A stretch of 64,000 nt of DNA from Minisyncoccota bacterium (GCA_025453495.1 JALOQM010000001.1:15664-79663); one strand, 5' to 3'. Positions 1-10,829 are shown, numbered from the stretch's first letter. Numbers and translations: made by a program. Notes: generated from the letters alone by a model not told the origin.

Positions 1-706
1 ACAAATGCCTGCACAAATCCAGAAAATATAGATAACACCATGAACGGTATTGGTAATACATATGCAGTACTTGCGGAAATACTTGCAATAATAAGGACCA
101 TTACTTCACCAGCAAATACATTACCGAATAATCGGAAAGACATTGAAATAATTTTTGCCAGCTCTCCGACAATATCAAGAAAACCAAGGAAAAAGCCTAT
201 TCCTGCATCAAAGAGACCAGCAAATGAGCGAACTTTAAAAAAGGGACCTATCTTAATAAAATTACCGATATGACCAAGAGGTGCTCGTGAAAAAGCGATA
301 AAATGAGCACCGCCTATCATAACAACTGCAAGTCCAATAGTAAGCGAAAGATCTGTAGTCGGTGTTCGAAACACTACTACTCCATCACGGATAAGGCTCG
401 TTATCAGCGGAAATACTGAAAACTGATTTGCCAAAAGAATAAAAATAAACAATGACGTTAGTACTGGAAAAAAGCGACGAGCACGTTTTTCTGAGCCAAA
501 AGCGTCTTGTAATTGGCTCATAAAAAAACTAGTCATACTTTCAAACACAACCTGCAATCCTGTAGGCACTAGTCTAAATGTTGCCCGAGCATACAGACCC
601 ACCAGCGCAAGCAATACTGTAAGAACCAGTGACGCGAGCATAGCATTTGTTATCGGCCAGCCGTAAATAGTAGTTATGATATGTGGTGCTAAAGAGACAT
701 CAGGCA
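1..706 (-). CDS. atpB: F0F1 ATP synthase subunit a (C-terminus runs off the window start)
   Basis: Minus-strand translation from the ATG at 704-706 reads MPDVSLAPHIITTIYGWPITNAM... and contains the subunit-a signature SFRLFGNVFAGEVMVLIIASISA (coding ~60-170). It is absent from the ORF track because no stop codon lies inside the window. Confidence 0.75.
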
Positions 707-732
707 TAGATAGTTATGATTAGATAAGATAT

Positions 733-1017
733 TTATACTCGAGGCACATCATCGCCTTTTTTAACTAAAGCAGCTTTGCGCGAAGCGTACCTACGAAGAT
801 ATCGGAGTAATAACACTTGACCGACAGGAAAAGAGACTACGACAGCAATCAGAACCGAAGGAAGGAGAGCAAAGCCCCCTATATGACTGACAAGATATCC
901 AACACCGAAAGCAAGCCCAATACATGCGATATTGGCTGCAAAAACGATACCTCTTGTGCCCCATGAATACCCGAAAAGCATAAATATATTTTGATACAAT
1001 AATAAAAAAGATACCAA
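733..1017 (-). CDS. Small hydrophobic membrane protein immediately upstream of atpB, possibly AtpI/AtpZ-like
   Basis: 94 aa with two predicted TM helices; its position directly 5' of atpB is typical of atpI. Confidence 0.3.
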   Translation of the reverse strand: MVSFLLLYQNIFMLFGYSWGTRGIVFAANIACIGLAFGVGYLVSHIGGFALLPSVLIAVVVSFPVGQVLLLRYLRRYASRKAALVKKGDDVPRV

Positions 1018-1246
1018 GATTAGTTAATGTATTTCACTATATAAAGCCATTTGAGACTCTATTATTTCTGAAGTGAAATAGCATTCGCTTTACTTTTCAC
1101 CATTGTAGTATAGCCATTTTACTCGCAAAGTCCAGGAAAATGTAAATCATATCAAAGTGAGACATGTAAGTCATGTCTACACGAAACGCCCTTATATAAG
1201 CAAAAATAGACAAAGAAGTTAAAAAATGATATAATATGCACATTAT

Positions 1247-3058
1247 ATGGAACCAACATTCTACCCTACTGAAGAGACTCTCACCGCTGGAGAGAGAAAA
1301 GTCCTAGAATACGTGGAGCGTATTGAAAATGGAGAAGATCAAAATTTGCTGTTTAAACATTTAGGCATATCTTTCAAAGAAGGTATCGAGAAATTGCTTG
1401 CGGAACGAACAAAAGAGAAAACAAAAAAAGCAGAAGAAAAAAAGGTTGAAGAAATACGCGAAAAATTAAGTGCATCCAAACAGGAGAAGTCTATTGATCT
1501 TTCTGGTATGCCGATACTTCCTTCAAAGTGGTCATTTTTGATAACTGAACCTGAACTTCTTGAAGAAATGTGGACATTTGCCATTCCTGTTGATGAAGAA
1601 GAACACGAAAAACTCAAGGCATGGAAAGCACGTGGAATTGCATATGCAAAAGAGTACGCTAAAAATAACAACGTACTAACACTAGAAGCTACAGAAGGCA
1701 CCAGTGAAGAAATGGGAGACACTGAGGCTCTCCTATCTCCAGAGCGTATTGTTGAAAAAGAAATTATATTACCTGACATTGAACGATTACAAAAGAGTAC
1801 TGCAATCGGTGACTTGAATGGTTCTTACAAAAGCTTTATAGACCATCTCACATACAAAAATCTTATTGCAACTGATCAAAACGGAAATAGTGTATGGACT
1901 GGTGGCAATGAACGTGTTGTGTTTATCGGAGATATTTTGGGAGATAGATCACCTGAAGGAATGAGTATTTACGAAAAAGTACAAGAATTACAAAATCAAG
2001 CAAAGATGCAAGGTGGTGACATAGAATGGATTTCAGGCAATCATGAAAACATGTTCAATGCCGTACTATGCGGTTTTAGCACAGAACAAGGTAAGCCAGT
2101 AGCAGAAGATATGACCTATAGACTCTCAGGGTATGCAGGAAATCTTGAGCTCTTCCAATTGTTACCTTTTGAAAACAAAAAAGAACTATATGCAGATATC
2201 ACAAACAATAGAGAGCAAGTCTTTGGGTTAGAGTTTCAAAAAGATATTCAAAAAAAGAAACGTATTTTAGATACAATTAGAAATAATCCTGAATATCTAC
2301 CAAGTGTAGTAGAAGCATATGAAAGAGCATATGAAGATATGCTAGATAAGCAAAGTAGTTTAGATACGTTTTGTAGATTAGTCGAAAACAACAACTACGA
2401 AGAAGCAAAAAAAATACTGTTTACTTTTATAGATACACTAAGCAAGAAGTACCAAGACCAGATAGGGAATACTATTATTGCAAATAGAAGTGGAATCAAG
2501 GAACATATAAACAACGATCAAAAGCATGCGTTGTTTAAGGAGGCTTTTCTCAATCAAAAACTACTGACACTGCATGATGATAGTTTATACACACACACTA
2601 GTCTCACTCCACGCATGGTAGGCATTATCAAAGAGTTTTCTAAAGATACTTCACTAAAAGAAGGAGTAGAAAAAATAAATACTTTTTATCAAAAAGTATT
2701 ACGTATGTACTTAGAAAATGATAACCCTGAAAGCCTTTTGACTAAACAAGAAATACAATATTTTAATCTACTGCGTGATGAGTTTATTTCCACGTCTTCC
2801 TATTCTAGGGTAAATTTCTCAGAATCGAATTCCATTTCTGATGAAGAAAAAGAAAGTCTCAAGACGTTTTTGAAGGATTCGGGAATCAACATTGTACTAC
2901 ACGGACACACTGACGAAAATGGCGAGCTCAAAGGATTTGCTGATCTTCCTATCGTTTCCATTGATAGAAGTGTATACAAAAATGAAGGAGCAAATATAGA
3001 AAAGACCGTCGCATATGCAAGTATATCGACAGACGGTATCGTGGCATTGCCAAAATAG
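1247..3058 (+). CDS. Large calcineurin-like metallophosphoesterase-domain protein (PPP/ApaH-like motifs)
   Basis: Motifs GDLNG, GDILGDRS and GNHE in the centre, plus a GHTD motif near the C-terminus. Long charged N-terminal and C-terminal regions of unknown function. Confidence 0.55.
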   Translation: MEPTFYPTEETLTAGERKVLEYVERIENGEDQNLLFKHLGISFKEGIEKLLAERTKEKTKKAEEKKVEEIREKLSASKQEKSIDLSGMPILPSKWSFLITEPELLEEMWTFAIPVDEEEHEKLKAWKARGIAYAKEYAKNNNVLTLEATEGTSEEMGDTEALLSPERIVEKEIILPDIERLQKSTAIGDLNGSYKSFIDHLTYKNLIATDQNGNSVWTGGNERVVFIGDILGDRSPEGMSIYEKVQELQNQAKMQGGDIEWISGNHENMFNAVLCGFSTEQGKPVAEDMTYRLSGYAGNLELFQLLPFENKKELYADITNNREQVFGLEFQKDIQKKKRILDTIRNNPEYLPSVVEAYERAYEDMLDKQSSLDTFCRLVENNNYEEAKKILFTFIDTLSKKYQDQIGNTIIANRSGIKEHINNDQKHALFKEAFLNQKLLTLHDDSLYTHTSLTPRMVGIIKEFSKDTSLKEGVEKINTFYQKVLRMYLENDNPESLLTKQEIQYFNLLRDEFISTSSYSRVNFSESNSISDEEKESLKTFLKDSGINIVLHGHTDENGELKGFADLPIVSIDRSVYKNEGANIEKTVAYASISTDGIVALPK

Positions 3059-3293
3059 CTTGAGATCTGTATTGAAAGTCTAAATTTACTCTTTAAAAAA
3101 TGAGAGAGTTTGAGTCGAATCGAATTATCATTCACGATACAACAATTTCACAATTGGAAACCTTACCGAACTGAAAATTGTCAGTTATAAGTTCACATTT
3201 TAATTTTATCCTACTTTTTTATCGAAATGGAGTTTTTGTACTAACTAAAAAACACCCCCGATTCCTCGAGGGTGCTATCTTTGTTAAGAGACT

Positions 3294-4319
3294 CTATAGC
3301 CTTAAAAGAGTAATCTTCTCGCCTTTTTTCACATAAAACGAATATTGTTTATCATTTACGAAAATCTCTAAAGTGCACGGTGGCTTTAATCCTTCGTCTT
3401 CAATAACAATCTCAACTACATTAATGTTTGGATCAATTGGTATTTGATATGGTTTACGTTCAATACTAATTGAGTGTTCTACAATTTTTCCATCAAAATA
3501 GACAGAGATTTTGTCTCCATCTATTTGGACAAAATCTCCAAACAAGATAGTATCTCGCTTAGAAACAATCAATGAAAACTTAGTTGAATCTTGGACTACT
3601 GCTTGCACATGTACAGATGCAACTAAGTTAGGATTATTAACTAATTTTTCAATAACTGCGAATCGAGCGGGTTCAGCAACCATTTTTCTTATTGAATCTG
3701 AAATAAAAACCATATTCAGTCTCGGTTTTTTGTATTTCAATGCTATTGGTGTTCTCCAACAATCACTGGTTGTATATCCAATCAAAATTTCACTTGGTAA
3801 AATAGTAGGATGCCATGGAAGATAACTTGGGTCACTGGTTTCGATTACTATAATCGAATTAATTTTAGAAATCTTGTTTCCTTTTATCTTTATATCTCTC
3901 CACCTGCAATTCCCTGTTTTTTGAAACATTTTCCATTCTTCAAGTGCGGTTTCATAACTGAAAACATTACACCAATAGCCTGTTTCATCTACTACACCTG
4001 ATTTGCTTTTGTTGTACTTTTCCCATTTTCTCTTTCCAGTATGTTTATATTCCTCACCGGTAAGTGCATTCCAGGAACTTTCATGATCATATAAGTAGTC
4101 TTTTGTTAAGATTTTACTACTTACTAATTGATAGAGTTTTACACTATCTTTGTTTAGATTAAACTTCTTTTTATCAAACGTATACCAATACTCGTTTGAA
4201 AAGTTCTGTATACTTGCACGAATTGCTAACGCAAGCGTAGTGTCATTTGCAGTTTGAGCAAATGTTTGTAGCTTATTTAAAGCTAATAACAGAATAATTG
4301 AAAAAAGGATTTTTTTCAT
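3294..4319 (-). CDS. Secreted hypothetical protein (signal peptide)
   Basis: N-terminus MKKILFSIILLLALNKLQTFAQ has the n-h-c organisation of a signal peptide; no recognisable domain. Confidence 0.45.
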   Translation of the reverse strand: MKKILFSIILLLALNKLQTFAQTANDTTLALAIRASIQNFSNEYWYTFDKKKFNLNKDSVKLYQLVSSKILTKDYLYDHESSWNALTGEEYKHTGKRKWEKYNKSKSGVVDETGYWCNVFSYETALEEWKMFQKTGNCRWRDIKIKGNKISKINSIIVIETSDPSYLPWHPTILPSEILIGYTTSDCWRTPIALKYKKPRLNMVFISDSIRKMVAEPARFAVIEKLVNNPNLVASVHVQAVVQDSTKFSLIVSKRDTILFGDFVQIDGDKISVYFDGKIVEHSISIERKPYQIPIDPNINVVEIVIEDEGLKPPCTLEIFVNDKQYSFYVKKGEKITLLRL

Positions 4320-4888
4320 GATTTTGGTTGTGTTTTAAGATAAGCACGAGTCAAACAGAAGCTCTATAAGCTGCTGGTTTTATAGTGGTTATCCTTATTG
4401 TGAAAGAAGATAATTATTTTATCTTTCTATATTATAGCATATAGAATATAATTGTCAAATATATGTATATATTGGGATAATGTGCACATATATATGACGA
4501 AATACTTTATTTAAAAAACAAAGAATTATTTGCGTATTAAAAAAGATGTGAATAGCACAAAAGAAAGTTAATTTACAATAGATTTGGAAAAAATCTTATA
4601 AAAGATAAAATCATTTCATGAATGTAATTACATCATTCAATGAAGAAAAATTCGTAGCGACAAAGTAACACAGTTTCACTATGAAGAGCTACTTATAATC
4701 GTATTTTCAATTCTAAGAATTTGATTGACTTGTTTTATGTAAAAAATGAGAAATACTATTGAATCCTAAGTAGTGGTGATAGTGAGAATATATACGAAGA
4801 AGGAGTTACCAGTAGATAAAAAGAAGTAGTAAAAAATAAAAATAATTTTGAGCCAACTTTGCAAACGCAATACTCCTTAGTCTACATA

Positions 4889-5494
4889 CTAGCGACGAGT
4901 CGTCCAAATTCTCTTGATAAATGTACGTAGTAATATAATCACTATAGATGTCACAAGAATAACAAAGATAAGCGTGATTGTACGTGGTCCGAGGTAATTG
5001 GTAACAACATTACCTGCATAGATACCCAGAAATCCCCATAAATATGATCCGATGAAACTATAGATCATATATCTTCTCGTCCGTACACCACGTATCGCCG
5101 CAAAGAGTGATGGCGTCGATCGTATGACTGGGAGCAGCTTGCCAAAGATAGATACGATAGCTAGATGTCTATCAAAAAGATCCCACGAGCGTTGATACTT
5201 CTCGTGCGTAACAAAACGTGATACCCGCGGTAAATGTCGAAATTTCCTGCCCAACAAAAACCCAAACATATCCCCCGCAAAACTCGCTGTCCCGACAACA
5301 AGTGCGCCAACAAATGGAGAGAGTATTCCTTGTGCAGCGAGACTTCCTGCAAAAAGCGCAATCGTGCCACCCGGCAGTACCGATCCGATAATAGGAAGTC
5401 CTTCAGTAAATGAAAATACTCCGAGTAGAAGAAGTTGCAATACAAGTGGAACACCACTGACAAAAGAGAGAATAGCTTCAGAAAATGAATCCAT
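4889..5494 (-). CDS. DedA/SNARE-associated (TVP38/TMEM64) family membrane protein
   Basis: Multi-pass membrane protein with the family's Gly-rich re-entrant motifs (GxxPGGT...LAG). Confidence 0.7.
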   Translation of the reverse strand: MDSFSEAILSFVSGVPLVLQLLLLGVFSFTEGLPIIGSVLPGGTIALFAGSLAAQGILSPFVGALVVGTASFAGDMFGFLLGRKFRHLPRVSRFVTHEKYQRSWDLFDRHLAIVSIFGKLLPVIRSTPSLFAAIRGVRTRRYMIYSFIGSYLWGFLGIYAGNVVTNYLGPRTITLIFVILVTSIVIILLRTFIKRIWTTRR

Positions 5495-5599
5495 TTTATA
5501 AATGTAACATGTGGTGTATGAAAAAAGTAATTTGAAACTTGAAAATAAGGAATATTTAGGTATTTAAGGAGCGATAGTATGTTCAATTAGAAAAATACC

Positions 5600-5848
5600 C
5601 TACGAGATCAGACTAGATTTTAGAATTCTCACAATACCAGTATCCGCGTCAACTTCAACCAAATCGCCATCTTTTAAAATTTTCGTTAAATTATCAATAC
5701 CGATAATGCAAGGCTTCTTAAACTCTCGTGCAACTATAGCCATGTGAGACAAAATGTTTCCATTTTCTATGAGAATAGCACCGGTGCGCAGGTAAGAGAT
5801 CTCGATAATATGAAGGGTATCAGTAATTTTGATCTCTTGGGCAAGCAT
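5600..5848 (-). CDS. Stand-alone PEP-utilising enzyme mobile (phosphohistidine swivel) domain; possible gene remnant
   Basis: SHMAIVAREFKKPCIIG and DGDLVEVDADTGIV are the canonical PEP-utilisers motifs. Only 82 aa with no flanking catalytic domains, and a stop codon lies upstream in frame. Confidence 0.5.
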   Translation of the reverse strand: MLAQEIKITDTLHIIEISYLRTGAILIENGNILSHMAIVAREFKKPCIIGIDNLTKILKDGDLVEVDADTGIVRILKSSLIS

Positions 5849-6077
5849 GCAGAGCAGGAAGGCAAACTTCTGGTCGAGGTGTGGCGGAAAACCGCGAGTA
5901 GCTGAACGCGGGGTTCAGTGTCTTCGTTGGGATTTGCGTCCATATCCTAAAGTTTCGAAGCTCTAGGGGTTAGGTCGACTTTATTCAGATGTTGAAGATA
6001 TTATACCTCAAAAGGAGGTACTTGGGTACTTTAGCTTAACTTTAAGACGTTGTGTAGTGAAGTTACCAACAACTTGT

Positions 6078-6785
6078 TTAGCAAAGACCAGCCCCAATAG
6101 TTTCAAGCTTTTCCTTAACTCTCTCCCATTTAGGGTACTTTTCATCAAGTAATCGCCAGAACTTTGTATTGTGATTTTTGTATTTCAAATGACAAAGCTC
6201 ATGAATTATTACGTAGTCGATACAATCTTTTGAAGTATGAATTAGTTTAGGATTAAGAAATATTTTGTCTTTGTTGAGAAAACTACCCCAACGTTTCTTC
6301 ATTTCTCGAGTAGCAAGAATAGGAGTATTTTTATATTCAAACTTATTTAACATTTCCTTGAATCTATCTTGAAAAACACTTTCTGTTTTTACTTCAAACC
6401 ATTCATCAACCAGCTTTTTATTGTGGCGACTGTTTGAAACCTCTTTTGTGGTGTAAATAGTTAGAAGTCCTCTTGTTAATGAAACAAGGTCCTCTTTGCC
6501 ACGTCTTACGACCAGCTTATATTGTCTACCAAGATATAAATATCCCTCGCCAGAAATATATTCTTTTTCGTAAATCTTTCGTTGGTACTTTTTGAAAAAT
6601 GAAAGCTGTTTTTCTAACCAGAACCACTTTTTCTGTAAGAAGTTTTCTATTCTTTCATTATCGGTTTGTAGTGGACACTTAAGAATAATACGTAAGTCTG
6701 GAGTGACAGTGAGAGACAGTGTTTTACGATCTTGTTTTATAAGTTGGTATTCATATACAAATGTTCCAAATATGAATTCTTTCAT
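6078..6785 (-). CDS. DUF45/YgjP-like zinc metallohydrolase (WLM/M48-like HExxH)
   Basis: HELCHL motif. This family is often encoded next to type I hsdR genes. Confidence 0.7.
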   Translation of the reverse strand: MKEFIFGTFVYEYQLIKQDRKTLSLTVTPDLRIILKCPLQTDNERIENFLQKKWFWLEKQLSFFKKYQRKIYEKEYISGEGYLYLGRQYKLVVRRGKEDLVSLTRGLLTIYTTKEVSNSRHNKKLVDEWFEVKTESVFQDRFKEMLNKFEYKNTPILATREMKKRWGSFLNKDKIFLNPKLIHTSKDCIDYVIIHELCHLKYKNHNTKFWRLLDEKYPKWERVKEKLETIGAGLC

Positions 6786-6789
6786 AAGA

Positions 6790-9700
6790 TTAAGTGAATA
6801 AATCGAAGTTATTTTCTGCTAACAGCATTACATTATCAATGACAGCTTTGATGTGGTCGTTGTCTATTTCAATACCTTTTTCTCCTTTAACTACATCATA
6901 AAGATAGTCATCAATACTATTTCGCATCTTACGCTTAACGTCCATGTTTTTATACCAATCAACAATAGCCTCATTCTTAATGATTGCGAAAATATCAAGA
7001 ATTATAGAAATATATAATTCTTCACTAAGCTTTAGACTCTCAAACTGAGATCGTAAGTTACGGTAAAAAATATCAGAACCTTTATTTGTCTCAATATTTT
7101 CTGGAAGACTTTCATCCTTCTTGTTCACAACATCGTCACGAATTAACTTCATTTGTTTCAATGCTTCAACATCCGCAAGTTTACCTTGTCGCATCTTTTC
7201 AAGAATTTCTGAAATCTTTTTAGAAAACTTTTCGTAAAACTCAGGGTCAGTATCAAGTTTTTCGGTGATAGTTTTTTGTGTTTGTGCGGCGATAGCCTCA
7301 GCCTTTGATTTATCAGATCCAAGATTTTCAACAGCTTCTTCAAAAAGCTTTCTATCTGTAATGTTTACTTGTTTTGTTAGTAATTCAACCCCGCGAGCAT
7401 CAACATATTTATCAAGAATGTTAATAAGTGACTGCTTGTATTCTAATAGATCGACACGGTCTGCATATTGCAAACTAGCCGCCTTACGAAGCTCAGCAAA
7501 CTTTTTCAACTCACGCTTGTATAAATCAAGGTGTTTAAATTCATGCACGAAGTCTTGCAAGACAAAACACTCACTCAAATTCTTAATAAAAGCATTGAGT
7601 GTTTTGTAGAATGTTTCTCGTTTAGGTTGATCAGCAAGAAACTGTAAGTACACCTCATCATCAGATGATCCTTTTATTTCTTTAAATAAATCATGAACCA
7701 ATGAATAGCTCTGCTCGAGTTCCTGAATCTTATCTGCCACATCGATGAGGGTACCCTTCACATCGTTCTCATCATAGTTACCGAATAGCTTCATCGCTGT
7801 CTTAATATTTTTTGCGTTCTCAGAATAGTCAACAATATACCCTGCTGTCTTCGGTTTCTCTTTTGTATTTTCATAGAGACGATTTACACGAGCAATAGCC
7901 TGGAGTAAATCATGATCATGTAAATCTTTCGCTAAGTACAAGACGGTATTTCTAGGCGCATCGAATCCCGTGAGCAACTTACTCACAACAATAATAATTT
8001 CAACTCCGTCATCGTTATACTTAAAACTATCAACAACATCTTTCTCAAACTTCTCAACACTACTGTAATTTTTCTTTAAGTCCTCGAGATACTTAACAAC
8101 CTCTTTTTTATGTGTATCTTCTTCATCACCATCATCGTGTTCATCAGAAATCACAAGGGCTGTATTTATTTTTCCTGAAGTCTCAAATGCTCTTTGAAAC
8201 AAAACAGCTGAAAACTTTGACGGAGCAACGATTTGCGCTTTCAATCCAGTTCCCTGAAAATTTTCAATGAAATGTTTTTCAATATCAATAGCTATTTCTG
8301 AAATTCGATTTGGGTTATTCTGTATAATCTTTGTTCCAGCGTGCTTTTGTAGTTCCTTCTTTTGTTTATCATTAAGCCCCTCTACGATTCTTTCCATGCG
8401 TCTGTCTACCTGTTCCTGATTTTGAACAAGTTCTACATATCTTCCCTCGTAAATTAATGGGAGGATAACCTTGTCAGCCAAAGCATCATCGATAGTGTAT
8501 CTATCAATTTCCCCTCCAAATTTATTCCAACTTTTATCATTCTTTAAAAGAGGAGTTCCTGTAAATCCAATATAGCAAGCATTCGGTATAACACGGTTCA
8601 TCTCAAGATTAGCTATTCCATACTGCGTTCTGTGGGCTTCATCAATTAAAACAAAAATATTTTTATCTTTGTCTATAACAGAACCTTTTTTCCCGGCAGT
8701 TTGAAATTTTTGGACCAAAGTAGTAATAACTGCGAGTTCCTTATTCTGGATAAGATCAAGTAGATGTTCGCCACTTGTAGCCTGAACAACGTCTTTCTTA
8801 AGGTTACAGTTCTTGAACGTATCCTTGATTTGTTTATCGAGATCTCGACGATCGGTGACAATAATCACTCGAGGGTTGAGAATATGAGGGTCTTCAATAA
8901 GAGCCTTCACAAACATCACCATAGTGAGCGATTTACCAGATCCTTGTGTGTGCCATACGAGTCCACCTTTTCGGCGAGTGATGCCTTGCTCAGTAGTTTC
9001 TTCTTCCTCTATACGCTTGAGCATCTTGTGAATAGCAAAATATTGCTGATAGCGTGAGAGCTTCTTTACTCCTGCATCGAAAAGAATGTAATTCTTGGTG
9101 AGGTCAAGTAACCGCTTTGGTTCAAATAAAGAAAATATACCTCGATCTTGCTCAGTAGGTAATCTGTCTGTTCTTTGCTTATGTCCCTCGGTGTAGCCGT
9201 TGAGATCTTCGAGAATCTGCTTGTATACATCGGCATCAATAGGCTTCTGTATTAGCTTGCCAATCTGTGTATTGAGGTCTTCTTCTTTTGCACCTTTTTC
9301 TTTCCAAACAGCATAGAACTTGTTAGGTGTGCCTGTTGTTCCGTATTGCAAATCTTTTCCATTGGTACCAACGAGAAGCTGGGTATAGGTATAGAGCTTT
9401 GGACAATACTCAGGACCTTGGTTTCGGTTCATCTGGTTGATGGCCTCTTTCACATCAACACCAGACTTTTTGTTCTCAATCACTGCAAAAGGAATGCCGT
9501 TCACAAAACACACAATATCAGGACGGATATTCTGTTTACCACTCGCTACAAATTCAGCAGATACATGGAATGCATTATTCTGTGTGTTCTCGAAGTCAAT
9601 AAACTTGAAGTTCTTTGATATCTTTTTGCCTCCATGGCTTACCTTTATAGTCTTGCCACCACTGGTAGGCATGATGATGTTGTAGATCTTTTGAGCGGTA

Positions 9701-9975
9701 TCAATAAGTCCTTCGTATTGGATATGCTCAAGCTCATCGATAGCGTCACGAACATCTTTTTCACTGAACTTGTAGGTAGTTCCATCAACTTCGTACCCGT
9801 TTATGTCCATGAGTTTCTCGGTAGCAATATCAGCAAGGATGAAGTTTGAAGTATCACCGGAACGCTGTCTGAGTGCTTCCTCGGCAGAAATATATGTATA
9901 GCCCATGCTCAAGAGAAGCTCTATGAATGGGAGCTGTGATTGTTTTGCTTCATCAAAATGTACTTTTTCTAACAT
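6790..9975 (-). CDS. hsdR: Type I restriction enzyme R subunit
   Basis: 1061 aa with SF2 helicase motifs (GSGKS Walker A, DEAHR box) and the type I R architecture. Confidence 0.9.
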   Translation of the reverse strand: MLEKVHFDEAKQSQLPFIELLLSMGYTYISAEEALRQRSGDTSNFILADIATEKLMDINGYEVDGTTYKFSEKDVRDAIDELEHIQYEGLIDTAQKIYNIIMPTSGGKTIKVSHGGKKISKNFKFIDFENTQNNAFHVSAEFVASGKQNIRPDIVCFVNGIPFAVIENKKSGVDVKEAINQMNRNQGPEYCPKLYTYTQLLVGTNGKDLQYGTTGTPNKFYAVWKEKGAKEEDLNTQIGKLIQKPIDADVYKQILEDLNGYTEGHKQRTDRLPTEQDRGIFSLFEPKRLLDLTKNYILFDAGVKKLSRYQQYFAIHKMLKRIEEEETTEQGITRRKGGLVWHTQGSGKSLTMVMFVKALIEDPHILNPRVIIVTDRRDLDKQIKDTFKNCNLKKDVVQATSGEHLLDLIQNKELAVITTLVQKFQTAGKKGSVIDKDKNIFVLIDEAHRTQYGIANLEMNRVIPNACYIGFTGTPLLKNDKSWNKFGGEIDRYTIDDALADKVILPLIYEGRYVELVQNQEQVDRRMERIVEGLNDKQKKELQKHAGTKIIQNNPNRISEIAIDIEKHFIENFQGTGLKAQIVAPSKFSAVLFQRAFETSGKINTALVISDEHDDGDEEDTHKKEVVKYLEDLKKNYSSVEKFEKDVVDSFKYNDDGVEIIIVVSKLLTGFDAPRNTVLYLAKDLHDHDLLQAIARVNRLYENTKEKPKTAGYIVDYSENAKNIKTAMKLFGNYDENDVKGTLIDVADKIQELEQSYSLVHDLFKEIKGSSDDEVYLQFLADQPKRETFYKTLNAFIKNLSECFVLQDFVHEFKHLDLYKRELKKFAELRKAASLQYADRVDLLEYKQSLINILDKYVDARGVELLTKQVNITDRKLFEEAVENLGSDKSKAEAIAAQTQKTITEKLDTDPEFYEKFSKKISEILEKMRQGKLADVEALKQMKLIRDDVVNKKDESLPENIETNKGSDIFYRNLRSQFESLKLSEELYISIILDIFAIIKNEAIVDWYKNMDVKRKMRNSIDDYLYDVVKGEKGIEIDNDHIKAVIDNVMLLAENNFDLFT

Positions 9976-9979
9976 ATAG

Positions 9980-10825
9980 TTATTTTAATTTCTTCTTACT
10001 TTTTTGCGCCGGCAGATAGTTCTCACCAGTGACGACCTTTCTCCCTGTTTTTTCTTCGAGTGCAAGTCTGGCATCTTTTGCAATCTTGCCACCTTTTTGC
10101 GCAGGAATTTTATTTTCTTCCAATCCTTTCGCTTCGGTATTCTCTGCAATCTGTCGTGTTGAAAGCTCCGCAAGTGCGGTAAAGATGAGCTCAGCCTCAG
10201 ACATATGATCACGAACATTTGCGGTCTTCCCCAAGCCTTTCAATTTTTTATGATCTTGCACACCAAGCCCACTCCACTCTTGGTGAATGATATTCGTCAG
10301 AATCGCATACTCCTTACCCTCTTCTACACCCGCAGATTTCCAATAGTCGGTGAGCTTGTTGCGTGTCTCTTGCCCCATCATGCGCTGCTGTATCCACTTG
10401 TCGCTTCGGCCATGCTTTTTCCAATACTCGCGCGAACGGTTGAGTGCTATCTCTGGGTTTACCATTTCGTCGATTCTCTCCTGTCCGACCTTTGCAAGCC
10501 ACTGCTTGAAAGGCTCGGCCTTAGGTGAAGAAATGGATTGGATAATACGGAACATACCTTGCAAATTGGACATATTTTCTACACGCTTCTTACCATCACG
10601 AGCAACTACGTCAAGGGGGGTACAAATTGTACCCCAGTTGACAGAAAGCTCAGGATCACGTGTACGCATCTTTTTGATATATTGTTTTACATCTTTCGAC
10701 TCAGAAAGCACCCGTACGACATCAGAAACAGCAAAATACCATTGCTCGTCATGCCACACGCGACGCACCTCTGTTGCCTCAAATATTGCGGGTACTATAT
10801 TTTTTTGTATTTGTGGTTTTTTCAT
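9980..10825 (-). CDS. Bro-N domain protein, DNA-damage-inducible protein D (DinD)-like
   Basis: N-terminal Bro-N-like block (TEVRRVWHDEQWYFAVSDVVRVL). The C-terminal HKKLKGLGKTANVRDHMSEAELIFTALAELST pattern resembles DinD. Confidence 0.55.
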   Translation of the reverse strand: MKKPQIQKNIVPAIFEATEVRRVWHDEQWYFAVSDVVRVLSESKDVKQYIKKMRTRDPELSVNWGTICTPLDVVARDGKKRVENMSNLQGMFRIIQSISSPKAEPFKQWLAKVGQERIDEMVNPEIALNRSREYWKKHGRSDKWIQQRMMGQETRNKLTDYWKSAGVEEGKEYAILTNIIHQEWSGLGVQDHKKLKGLGKTANVRDHMSEAELIFTALAELSTRQIAENTEAKGLEENKIPAQKGGKIAKDARLALEEKTGRKVVTGENYLPAQKSKKKLK

Positions 10826-10829
10826 ATAT

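Noticed and set aside
40-273. Plus-strand 77-aa ORF at the window start
   Set aside because: It lies antisense to a convincing atpB reading frame on the minus strand (SFRLFGNVFAGE signature) and has low-complexity basic composition, so it is spurious.
3255-3290. att-like repeat of the tRNA-Ser 3' end (cccccgattcctcgagggtg)
   Set aside because: It shares only a short gattc...ctcga string with the tRNA. It is a local palindrome (a probable terminator for the phosphoesterase gene), not a duplicated att core.
5161-5586. 141-aa minus-strand ORF
   Set aside because: It overlaps the DedA gene out of frame; the DedA frame has clear family motifs.
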